Assembly: GCA_964550935.1 (NCBI GenBank)
Contig: CAZKBB010000005.1
Location: 1,705 to 65,704 of the forward strand
Direction of reading: 5' to 3'
Origin: an uncultured Caulobacterales bacterium
GTDB taxonomy: Bacteria > Pseudomonadota > Alphaproteobacteria > Caulobacterales > Maricaulaceae
DNA: 64,000 nucleotides
Shown here: one piece after another, positions 48,937 to 56,870 of the stretch
How the letters are laid out: each line of letters opens with the position of its first letter
How positions within the stretch are numbered: the stretch's first letter is position 1
The notes under the pieces: model-generated
Database searches by the model: none
Told to the model about the DNA's origin: nothing
What the model saw: the letters and a program-made list of their open reading frames with translations, nothing else
Made by a program: the position numbers and the translations under genes

Positions 48937-49548
48937 TCAGCGGTAGGACGCCGCCTCCCGCGCGCCGATGCGCATGACCTCATCGTCACCGCAGGCGAAC
49001 GATTTCGACTCCCGGTCGGCGACCGCGCGGGCGATCGCGTTGGCGTCCTCGACTTGCGTCACGTCGACATAGGCGGCGTGACACGCGCTGACCTCGCCGT
49101 CGGTCCGCAGCGCGGAGACGACCAGAAACTCTTCGTCACGCACCCACTCGTCCTCGAAGCTTCCCACCGATCCGTCCGCGGCGCGCGGGGTCAGGCTGCG
49201 CCAGCGCAGGATCGTGGCGTAGGGCGCGAACCAGTTTCCGTCGCGCACGCCGCGCCACTCCACGGTGCGCTGAACGTTCGCCGCGAGGCCCTGAGTGAGC
49301 GGGCCTTCGGACAGCTGCGCCTCGATCCCGCGCGATCCGAACGCGGCGCGCGAGCTGTGGTCGCTCGCCCCGATCGTGACGGTCCATTCGCCCACCGCCT
49401 CGCAGCGCACCATGATGGGCGCCAGGCCCTGCGTTTCGATATCCGGACAGGCCTCGATCTGGGAATAGACGCTGTCGCGGCTCTGCGCGGCGGCGCCGGG
49501 TGTCAGGACGGTCCCGGCGACAAGAATGGCGGCGACGGTGCGAAGCAT
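48937..49548 (-). CDS. Hypothetical secreted protein
   Basis: Signal peptide MLRTVAAILVAGTVLTPGAAAQ and four Cys residues. I recognise no family. Confidence 0.5.
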   Translation of the reverse strand: MLRTVAAILVAGTVLTPGAAAQSRDSVYSQIEACPDIETQGLAPIMVRCEAVGEWTVTIGASDHSSRAAFGSRGIEAQLSEGPLTQGLAANVQRTVEWRGVRDGNWFAPYATILRWRSLTPRAADGSVGSFEDEWVRDEEFLVVSALRTDGEVSACHAAYVDVTQVEDANAIARAVADRESKSFACGDDEVMRIGAREAASYR

Positions 49549-49661
49549 GGCGGATCCCCCTGTTGAACGCGCCTTGAACGCTACCCCGGCGGAGCGGGCC
49601 TGAACACTGCGAACGCGACGCCCGGCTTGACCCCGGGCGCGACAGGGGCTTTCAACCGCCC

Positions 49662-51314
49662 ATGCCCGACAGCGTCCCCAAGCCCCACCGCCTGTCCCCG
49701 ATCGCGACGCTCCGCTGGACGCGCCGGGCCTTCACCGAAGGCCGCTCGCCGGCGCTGTGGCTGTTGGCGATCGTCGTCGGTGTGGCGGCCGGCTATGCCG
49801 CGGTCGGTCTGCGCCTGGCGATCCAGGGCGTGCAGTGGATCGCTTTCGGCGAGGCGAGCGAGCGCCTGGCGAGCGCGGCCGGGGCGCTCTCCCCGCTTCA
49901 CGTGATCATGGCGCCGGTGCTGGGCGGCTGCGTGGTCGCCGCGCTGCTTTACGCCGGCCAGCGCTTCAAATGGCTGCCCGAGGCGCGCGCCCAGGGCATC
50001 TCCGACGTGATCGAGACCCGCGCGGTGCGCGCCGGGCGCATGGACGCCGCGCCGGGGCTGCTCTCCGCGGCGATCTCGGCGGTGTCGCTGGGCTCAGGCG
50101 GCTCGGCCGGGCGCGAAGGCCCGGCGGTGCATCTGGGCGCGACGCTCGCGGCGCTGTTCACCCGCGCGCTGGGCCTGCCGCCGAGGGCCGCGCGCATCAT
50201 GCTCGCCTGCGGCGCGGCGGCGGCGGTCTCGGCGAGCTTCAACGCGCCGATCGCCGGGGCGCTGTTCGCATTCGAGGTGGTGCTCGGCCATTACGCGCTG
50301 CGCGCCGTCGCGCCGGTGGCCGCGGCGAGCGTGACCGGAGCGGTGATCGCAAGGCTGCACTTCGGCGCCACGCCCGCCTTCGCCCTGCCCGCGATTGAGC
50401 CGGCCTCGGTCGCCGACTTCGCGGCCATGGCGCCGCTCGGCCTCGCCGCGGCGGCGGTTGCGATCGCCTTCATCTCCACCGCCTACGCCGCCCCGCGCGT
50501 CGTGGCGCGCGCGGCCGAGCGCGCGCACTGGCCGCTCTGGGCGCTGCCGCCCGCCGGCGGGCTCGCGGTGGGCGTGATCGGGGCGATGTTCCCTGAGGTG
50601 CTCGGCGTCGGCTACGAGGCGACCGCCGAGGCGCTCGCGGGTGGGTATGCGCCGCTGCTTCTGGCCGGGCTGATCCTGGCCAAGCTCGCCGCGACCGTGA
50701 TCACGCTCGGCTTTCGCTTCGGCGGCGGGGTGTTCTCGCCCTCGCTCTATCTCGGGGCCATGCTGGGCGCGCTGTTCGGCGCCGGCGCCACGGCGCTGTT
50801 CGGCGAGCAGAGCGCCGGCCTCGCCCTGTTCGCGGTGGTGGGCATGGGCGCGGTCTCAGGCGCGGTGCTCGGCGCGCCGCTCTCCACCACCCTCATCGTG
50901 TTCGAGCTGACACAGAGCTATCAGGCCTCGATCGCGCTTCTGGTCGCGGTCTCGCTCGCCACCGTGGTCACCAACGCGGTCACCAAGGGCTCCTACTTCC
51001 AGAAGCAGGTGGAGCGGCGCGGCTATGACCTCACCGCCGGCAATGCGCGCGTCATCCTGCAGACGATCCGCGCGCGCGATCTGATGAGCGAGGTGGACAA
51101 GGCCGAGGCGCGCTTCGCCCGCGACGAGCCCCATGTGTACGAGGACGACTATCTCGGCCGCGTGCTCGGCTTCTTCTCGGCCGAACAGCTCGAAGGCGCG
51201 CCGGTGCGCGCGCGCGCCGGAGACCAGCCCGTGGTCGGCTATGTCTCGCGCGCCGACGCCCACGCCGCCTACGCCCGCGCCCTGCAAAGCGCGCATGAGG
51301 AGGAGCATCGCTAG
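49662..51314 (+). CDS. ClC-family chloride channel/antiporter with a C-terminal CBS-like region
   Basis: GSGGSAGREGP selectivity motif, GVFSPSLYLG, and more than 10 TM segments. Confidence 0.88.
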   Translation: MPDSVPKPHRLSPIATLRWTRRAFTEGRSPALWLLAIVVGVAAGYAAVGLRLAIQGVQWIAFGEASERLASAAGALSPLHVIMAPVLGGCVVAALLYAGQRFKWLPEARAQGISDVIETRAVRAGRMDAAPGLLSAAISAVSLGSGGSAGREGPAVHLGATLAALFTRALGLPPRAARIMLACGAAAAVSASFNAPIAGALFAFEVVLGHYALRAVAPVAAASVTGAVIARLHFGATPAFALPAIEPASVADFAAMAPLGLAAAAVAIAFISTAYAAPRVVARAAERAHWPLWALPPAGGLAVGVIGAMFPEVLGVGYEATAEALAGGYAPLLLAGLILAKLAATVITLGFRFGGGVFSPSLYLGAMLGALFGAGATALFGEQSAGLALFAVVGMGAVSGAVLGAPLSTTLIVFELTQSYQASIALLVAVSLATVVTNAVTKGSYFQKQVERRGYDLTAGNARVILQTIRARDLMSEVDKAEARFARDEPHVYEDDYLGRVLGFFSAEQLEGAPVRARAGDQPVVGYVSRADAHAAYARALQSAHEEEHR

Positions 51315-51658
51315 GGGCGGATGCGCAGCAGGGTCGAAAGCAGCACCGCGACCGCATCCAGCGTCTCTGGCGGCGCTGCGCCCAGCCGGCGCAAGCGACG
51401 TGACGCCGGATCGAGCGCGCGCACCTGATCGACGAGAACGCCGCTGCTCACCGCCAGCCCGTCAGGCAGGATCACCTTGAACGCATACGCGGCGGTGTTG
51501 GAGGTGATGGGACATCCGATCACGGTGCTGGCGCGGGCGTTGTAGATCGCCGGGGTCAGGATGAGAAAGGGTCGCCGGCCCGCCTGCTCACGCCCGGCCT
51601 GCTCCTTCATGACGACCGAGACGAGATCGCCGCGGTCCAGCTCGCCCGCTTCAGTCAC
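51311..51658 (-). CDS. mazF: Type II toxin, PemK/MazF family
   Basis: GTG start. LDRGDLVSVV...RPFLILTPAIYN...VIGCPITS. Confidence 0.8.
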   Translation of the reverse strand: MTEAGELDRGDLVSVVMKEQAGREQAGRRPFLILTPAIYNARASTVIGCPITSNTAAYAFKVILPDGLAVSSGVLVDQVRALDPASRRLRRLGAAPPETLDAVAVLLSTLLRIRP

Positions 51659-51893
51659 GGATCACTTCCGCGCCCAGATCGGGACCGGCGTCGATGATGT
51701 CGGGGCGCTCCTGATCGTCCATCTGGGCGACAAGGTCTTCGAGCGTCGCCCGCTTGCTGGCGCCCATGACCAGCGTGCCGCGTTCGAGCGTCAGCTCCAC
51801 CTCGTCGCCGGGCGAAAGGCCGAGGGCCTCCAGATAGGCGCGCGGCAGCCGAACCGCCGCCGAGCGTCCCCATTTTCCGATAAGCGCCTTCAT
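51651..51893 (-). CDS. mazE: Type II antitoxin, AbrB/MazE/SpoVT family
   Basis: MKALIGKWGRSAAVRLPRAYLEALGLSPGDEVEL. 8-nt overlap with mazF. Confidence 0.8.
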   Translation of the reverse strand: MKALIGKWGRSAAVRLPRAYLEALGLSPGDEVELTLERGTLVMGASKRATLEDLVAQMDDQERPDIIDAGPDLGAEVIRD

Positions 51894-52031
51894 GGCGGCC
51901 TTCGCCTGGATAGGCGTTGAAATATTACACCCCGGCGCATCCGTCACTCAGTCGCCTCCTCCTGCTCCTGCCCCCGCCCCCTGCTACGGGCGCCTCGGCG
52001 TGCTAGCTTCGGTCTCACCGACGCTCGGAGC

Positions 52032-52091
52032 GAATCGCCGCTCGCCCTATCGCCGCCAGCCGTATCGCCGCCAGCCGTATCGCCGCTTGAA
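52032..52091. repeat. Tandem repeat of 15 bp, about 4 copies, upstream of uvrD
   Basis: gaatcgccgctcgcc / ctatcgccgccagcc / gtatcgccgccagcc / gtatcgccgcttgaa. The two central copies differ only at the first base. Confidence 0.8.
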
Positions 52092-52102
52092 GGGCTTCGC
52101 CC

Positions 52103-54436
52103 ATGACCGCCGACGCCAGCCCGTCCCAGACCGGCCGCTCCATATCCGACCTCGCCCGGCCCCGGCCGCCCGCGGGCGGCGACGCCGACTATCTAGACGG
52201 GCTGAACCCGGAGCAGCGCGCCGCGGTGGAGGCGGTTGAAGGCCCGGTTCTGGTGCTCGCCGGGGCGGGCACGGGCAAGACGCGGGTGCTGACGACGCGG
52301 CTGGCGCATATCCTGGCCACCGGCCGGGCGCGGCCCTGGGAGATTCTGGCGGTCACCTTCACCAACAAGGCCGCGCGCGAGATGAAGGCGCGCGTTGGCG
52401 CCATCATCGGCGAGGCGGTCGAGGGCGTGCCCTGGCTCGGCACCTTCCACTCCATCGCCGCGCAGATCCTGCGCCGCCACGCCGAGCTGGTCGATCTCAA
52501 GCCCAGCTTCACGATCCTGGACACCGACGATCAGCTGCGCCTGATCAAGCAGATCCTTGAGGCTGAAGGCGTCGACGCCAAGCGCTGGACGCCGCGCTAT
52601 TTCGCGAGCCTGCTCGACGGGTGGAAGAACCGCGGCTTCACCCCCGACCGCATCCCGGAGGAGGACAAGTGGGCCTTCGCCGAGGGCAAGGCGGGCGATC
52701 TCTACGCGCTCTATCAGGAGCGCCTTCGCGTTCTGAACGCGTGCGACTTCGGCGATCTGCTCCTGCACACGCTGGAGATCTTCAAGGCGAATGCGGACGT
52801 GCTCGCGGCCTATCACCGCAAGTTCCGCTACCTCCTGGTGGACGAGTATCAGGACACCAACACCGCCCAGTATCTCTGGCTGCGGCTATTGGCGCAGGGC
52901 TCGAACAATATCTGCTGCGTGGGCGACGACGATCAGTCGATCTACGGCTGGCGCGGGGCCGAAGTGGACAACATCCTGCGCTTCGAGACCGATTTTCCCG
53001 GCGCCGCCGTGATCCGTCTGGAGCGCAATTACCGCTCCACTGAGCACATCCTCGGCGCGGCCTCGGGCCTCATCGCGGCGAACAAGGCCCGGCTCGGCAA
53101 GACGCTGTGGACCGACGACGAGGGCGGGGAGAAGGTCCAGGTGCGCGGCCTGTGGGACGGCGACGCCGAGGCGCGCTTCGTCGCCGACGAGATCGAGGCC
53201 CATGTGCGCCGCGGCGGCGCGCACGCCAACATCGCGGTGCTGGTGCGCGCCTCCTGGCAGATGCGCGCCTTCGAGGACCGCTTCATCATGCTGGGCCTGC
53301 CCTACAAGGTGGTCGGCGGCCCGCGCTTTTTCGAGCGCGCCGAGGTGCGCGACGCCCACGCCTATATGCGCCTGGTGCGCAGCCCGGAGGACGATCTCGC
53401 CTTCGAGCGCGTGGTCAACACGCCCAAGCGCGGGATCGGCGACACCACCGTGCAGAAGATCGCCGGCGCGGCGCGCGCCGCGCGCACCTCCATGAGCGAG
53501 GCCGCGCGGCTGATGACCCAGACCGACGAGATCAAGGGCAAGGCGCGCTCAGGGCTCCACGCCTTCCTTCGCGACATGGATCGTTGGCGCGACCAGGCGC
53601 GCGAGATGCGCCATGACGCGCTCGCCGAGATCATCCTCGATGAAAGCGGCTACACCGGCATGTGGCGCGAGGACAAAAGCCCCCAGGCCGCCGGCCGGTT
53701 GGACAACCTGAAAGAGCTCGTGCGCTCCATGGGCGAGTTCGACACGCTGGAGAGCTATCTCGAACACGTCTCCCTGGTGACCGATCTCGACCGCGCCGGG
53801 GACGGCGACGAGGTCTCTTTGATGACTCTGCATGCGGCGAAGGGGCTGGAGTTTCCGCTGGTCTTCCTGCCCGGCTGGGAGGAGACGGTGTTTCCCTCCC
53901 AGCGCTCGCTCGACGAGGGCGGGACCGCCTCGCTGGAGGAGGAGCGGCGCCTGGCCTATGTGGGCGTGACCCGGGCGCGCGAGCGCGCGGTCATCTCCTT
54001 CACCGCCAACCGGATGATCTTCGGGCGCTGGCAGAGCGTGATCCCGTCGCGCTTCGTCGACGAACTGCCCGAGCCCCATGTCGAGGCCAAAGCCGAGACC
54101 GGCTATTACGACGCCGGGCCGGGCTTCGAGGGCGTGTCAGAGCCCGCCGACGCCTTCCGCTCCAGTTATGAGAGCCCTGGCTGGAAGCGCTATCAGGCCG
54201 CGCAGGCCTCCGGCCGGCGGCGCGATCCCGGAGTCATCGAGGGCAAGGCGACCTTGATCGAAAGCGGCGCGTCCTCGGTGGGCGGGGAGGCGAAATGGCG
54301 CCCCGGCGACCGGGTGTTCCACCAGAAATTCGGCTACGGCACGGTCAAGGCCGCCGACGGCGCGAAGCTCTCGGTCGCCTTCGACAAGGCGGGCCTGAAG
54401 AAGGTCGTCGACAGCTTCGTCTCGGAGGCGCCGTAA
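52103..54436 (+). CDS. uvrD: ATP-dependent DNA helicase UvrD/PcrA family
   Basis: AGAGTGKT, DEYQDTN, TLHAAKGLEF and YVGVTRA motifs. Confidence 0.93.
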   Translation: MTADASPSQTGRSISDLARPRPPAGGDADYLDGLNPEQRAAVEAVEGPVLVLAGAGTGKTRVLTTRLAHILATGRARPWEILAVTFTNKAAREMKARVGAIIGEAVEGVPWLGTFHSIAAQILRRHAELVDLKPSFTILDTDDQLRLIKQILEAEGVDAKRWTPRYFASLLDGWKNRGFTPDRIPEEDKWAFAEGKAGDLYALYQERLRVLNACDFGDLLLHTLEIFKANADVLAAYHRKFRYLLVDEYQDTNTAQYLWLRLLAQGSNNICCVGDDDQSIYGWRGAEVDNILRFETDFPGAAVIRLERNYRSTEHILGAASGLIAANKARLGKTLWTDDEGGEKVQVRGLWDGDAEARFVADEIEAHVRRGGAHANIAVLVRASWQMRAFEDRFIMLGLPYKVVGGPRFFERAEVRDAHAYMRLVRSPEDDLAFERVVNTPKRGIGDTTVQKIAGAARAARTSMSEAARLMTQTDEIKGKARSGLHAFLRDMDRWRDQAREMRHDALAEIILDESGYTGMWREDKSPQAAGRLDNLKELVRSMGEFDTLESYLEHVSLVTDLDRAGDGDEVSLMTLHAAKGLEFPLVFLPGWEETVFPSQRSLDEGGTASLEEERRLAYVGVTRARERAVISFTANRMIFGRWQSVIPSRFVDELPEPHVEAKAETGYYDAGPGFEGVSEPADAFRSSYESPGWKRYQAAQASGRRRDPGVIEGKATLIESGASSVGGEAKWRPGDRVFHQKFGYGTVKAADGAKLSVAFDKAGLKKVVDSFVSEAP

Positions 54437-54499
54437 GGGCGCTTAACAAGCAGTCTCGACGAGCCTAAGGACCGTCGCGGCAGACGGAGCGAACCGCGC

Positions 54500-55378
54500 A
54501 TGCAAACCACGATCTGGCGGCTGACCGCCTTCGGCCCGGCCGGCGTCATCAAGGCCGCCGGGGAGCGGTTGAACGCGGCCGACCAGGCGCCGGCGCTCGG
54601 CTGGTCGATGTTCGAGGAGCCGGACCCGCAGACCGCCCGGCTCGACATCCTGTTCGCCGAGCAGCCCGACGCGGGCGCGTTCGCGCAAAGCTGGGGGCTG
54701 GAGCGCGAGGACGTCGAGGTGCTGTTCGGCCCGCTGCCCGAGGAGGACTGGGTGGCGATGTCGCTGCAGGGCCTGCCGCCGGTGGAGGCCGGCCGCTTCG
54801 TGCTGCACGGCGGCCATACGCCGGCCGGCGACATCGCCGCGGGCAAGACCGCGATCCTGATCGAGGCCGGCCCCGCCTTCGGCACCGGCCATCACGGCAC
54901 CACCAAGGGCTGCCTCATCGCGCTCGACCGCCTGGCCGAGGCCGGCCCGGCGCCCAAGCGCGTGCTCGACCTCGGCGCGGGCACCGGCGCGCTCGCCATC
55001 GCCGCGGCGAAGGTCTGGGCCGAGGCCGAGATCATCGCTTCGGATATCGATGCGGACTCCGTCACCGAAACGATCGACAACGCTCAGAAGAACGCCGTCG
55101 CCGACCGCATCGAGGCGACCGAGGCGGACGGCTTCGCCCATGCGCGGCTCGACGGGCCGTTCGATCTGATCCTCGCCAACATTCTCGCCGGGCCGCTGCA
55201 GGATCTCGCCCGCGACCTCGCCGCGCGCACCTCGCCGGGAGGGACGGTCGTTCTGTCGGGCCTTCTGGAGCATCAGGAAGACGCGGTGAAGGCGGCCTAT
55301 GACGGCGCGGGGCTGAGCTTTCGCGCGCGCGACGTCATCGACGGCTGGGTGATCCTGACCTTCGACGCGCCCGGCTGA
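54500..55378 (+). CDS. prmA: Ribosomal protein L11 methyltransferase
   Basis: AFGTGHHGTTKGCL...VLDLGAGTGALAIAAAK. Confidence 0.88.
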   Translation: MQTTIWRLTAFGPAGVIKAAGERLNAADQAPALGWSMFEEPDPQTARLDILFAEQPDAGAFAQSWGLEREDVEVLFGPLPEEDWVAMSLQGLPPVEAGRFVLHGGHTPAGDIAAGKTAILIEAGPAFGTGHHGTTKGCLIALDRLAEAGPAPKRVLDLGAGTGALAIAAAKVWAEAEIIASDIDADSVTETIDNAQKNAVADRIEATEADGFAHARLDGPFDLILANILAGPLQDLARDLAARTSPGGTVVLSGLLEHQEDAVKAAYDGAGLSFRARDVIDGWVILTFDAPG

Positions 55379-55443
55379 GCCGCCCGCCGTCGCGACACCG
55401 CTGCGCGCAAGACCCGACGGGCTTGCGGAGGCGCGCTTGACTC

Positions 55444-55485
55444 TCATCAAAATATCATGTTTTCTTGATTTATGGATAAATCAAA
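55444..55485. promoter_or_regulatory. AT-rich inverted-repeat region at the arsR start (possible ArsR/SmtB operator)
   Basis: ATCAA (55446-50) N14 TTGAT (55465-69), plus a third aaatcaa at 55478-84. Confidence 0.35.
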
Positions 55486-55816
55486 CGCCCTCGACGCGCT
55501 CGACGCGCTTTCCCACGACACCCGGCTCGACCTGTTCCGGCTTCTGGTCCGGGCCGGCCGGTCCGGCCTCGCGGCCGGCGACGCGGCCGAGCGGCTGGCG
55601 CTGCGCCAGAACACCGCCTCGACCAATCTCGCGATCCTGGCGCGCGCCGGGCTCGTCCAATCGCGGCGCGAGGGGCGCAACATCATCTACGCGGCGAATT
55701 TCGACACGATGCGCGGGCTCGTCGGCTTCCTGATGAAGGATTGCTGCGCGGGCGCGCCGGCGAAAGTCGATCCGCTGCTCGATCAGATCACGGCGAACCA
55801 AGGAGAGACGCCATGA
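55472..55816 (+). CDS. arsR: ArsR/SmtB-family metalloregulator
   Basis: LDALSHDTRLDLFRLL...RQNTASTNLAILARAGLV...GRNIIY. Confidence 0.85.
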   Translation: MDKSNALDALDALSHDTRLDLFRLLVRAGRSGLAAGDAAERLALRQNTASTNLAILARAGLVQSRREGRNIIYAANFDTMRGLVGFLMKDCCAGAPAKVDPLLDQITANQGETP

Positions 55817-56241
55817 CACGCTTTCATCTCGCCCTCACGGTGTCCGACCTGGACCGGTCGGCGGCCTTCTACACCCGCCTGTTCGGCGCCGCGCCGGTCG
55901 TGCGCGAAGCCGATTACGCCAAGTGGATCGTTGAGGATCCGGCGCTGAACCTGTCGCTGTCCACCCGCGGCTCGACGCACGGCGTGGACCATGTGGGCCT
56001 GGAGACCGACAGCGACGAGGGTCTCGCGGAGCTGCGCGCCGCGCTCGTGGCCGCCGAAGGCCCGCTCCTGGACCAGCCCGACGTGACGTGCTGCTACGCC
56101 CGCTCGGCGAAGACCTGGACCCATGATCCAGACGGCGTCGCGTGGGAGACGTTCCGCAGCTACGGTCGAACCGCCGAATACGGCGACGGCTCGCGCGACC
56201 GCGCAAGGCTCGCGGGAGCGAGCGAACAGCCTTGCTGTTGA
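55813..56241 (+). CDS. ArsI/CadI-family VOC metalloenzyme
   Basis: ATGA overlap with arsR. FHLALTVSDLDRSAAFY...HVGLE, a vicinal Cys pair in VTCCYA, and a C-terminal CC. Confidence 0.75.
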   Translation: MTRFHLALTVSDLDRSAAFYTRLFGAAPVVREADYAKWIVEDPALNLSLSTRGSTHGVDHVGLETDSDEGLAELRAALVAAEGPLLDQPDVTCCYARSAKTWTHDPDGVAWETFRSYGRTAEYGDGSRDRARLAGASEQPCC

Positions 56242-56247
56242 AACGAA

Positions 56248-56324
56248 GGCCTCACCCCGGCCGGCGCCCGTCGGGGGGCGTTGGCGCGAGAGGGGAGCGC
56301 GCTGGCGGGCGCGACCGGGGTGAG
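56248..56324. repeat. REP-like element (family 2) with 10-bp inverted arms
   Basis: CTCACCCCGG (56251-60) pairs with CCGGGGTGAG (56315-24). The interior gagaggggagcgcgctggcgggcgcgaccggggtgag resembles 9424-9470. Confidence 0.45.
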
Positions 56325-56336
56325 TTCGCGCGCCGC

Positions 56337-56480
56337 TTAGCGGCGGCGGATGACGCCGGGCAAGCCGGCGCGTTCGAACACGGCGTTCCAGTCGGTCGTG
56401 CGCGGACGGGCGCGGGAGCGCTCAAGGCCGGCGAGCGCGTCGCAACCGGTCAGGCGAAGATGATCGTCATGCCCGCTCAT
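56337..56480 (-). CDS. Small hypothetical protein (47 aa)
   Basis: ATG preceded by SD GAGGAG at 8 nt. MSGHDDHLRLTGCDALAGLERSRARPRTTDWNAVFERAGLPGVIRRR. It is below the ORF-track size cutoff and I recognise no family. Confidence 0.3.
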   Translation of the reverse strand: MSGHDDHLRLTGCDALAGLERSRARPRTTDWNAVFERAGLPGVIRRR

Positions 56481-56870
56481 GGCGCGGTCTCCTCAAATCC
56501 TTCGGCCTCAGAATCGAGCCTCTTGAAGGTTTTGTGAAGCCCCGCGCACGCATCGCCGCCATGCGTTCGTGTCAAGGCTCGCGAAACCCGGCTGTGCGGC
56601 AACCCGGCGCGGCGCCTCCCGCCTTGTCGATGTCGAAGACACGCACACGAACCTGACACTGAGAACGCCGCCCCGAAGACCGCCACGCGCGCCATGCTCG
56701 CCACGCTGACGGGTCATGTCGAGCCGCCCGCGGCGAAAAAGGCGCGCGACATGCTCGACGATGACGCCAAGCCGTTCTGGCCGATTGCGGCGTGATCGCG
56801 CGCCCTCACGCTCAGGCTTTCGGCAGGGTTGCGATTGATCGCGGGCCGGGCGCGCACTAGCGTCTGACCC

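Noticed and set aside
49549-49661. Possible fluoride (crcB-motif) riboswitch upstream of the ClC gene
   Set aside because: Only a short AACCGCC-like string is present. The GATGG and CTGATGA core elements are absent. The ClC is a long CBS-containing type, not a short ClC-F.
52032-52091. CRISPR-like array
   Set aside because: The units are contiguous 15-bp tandem copies with no spacers, and no cas genes are in the window.
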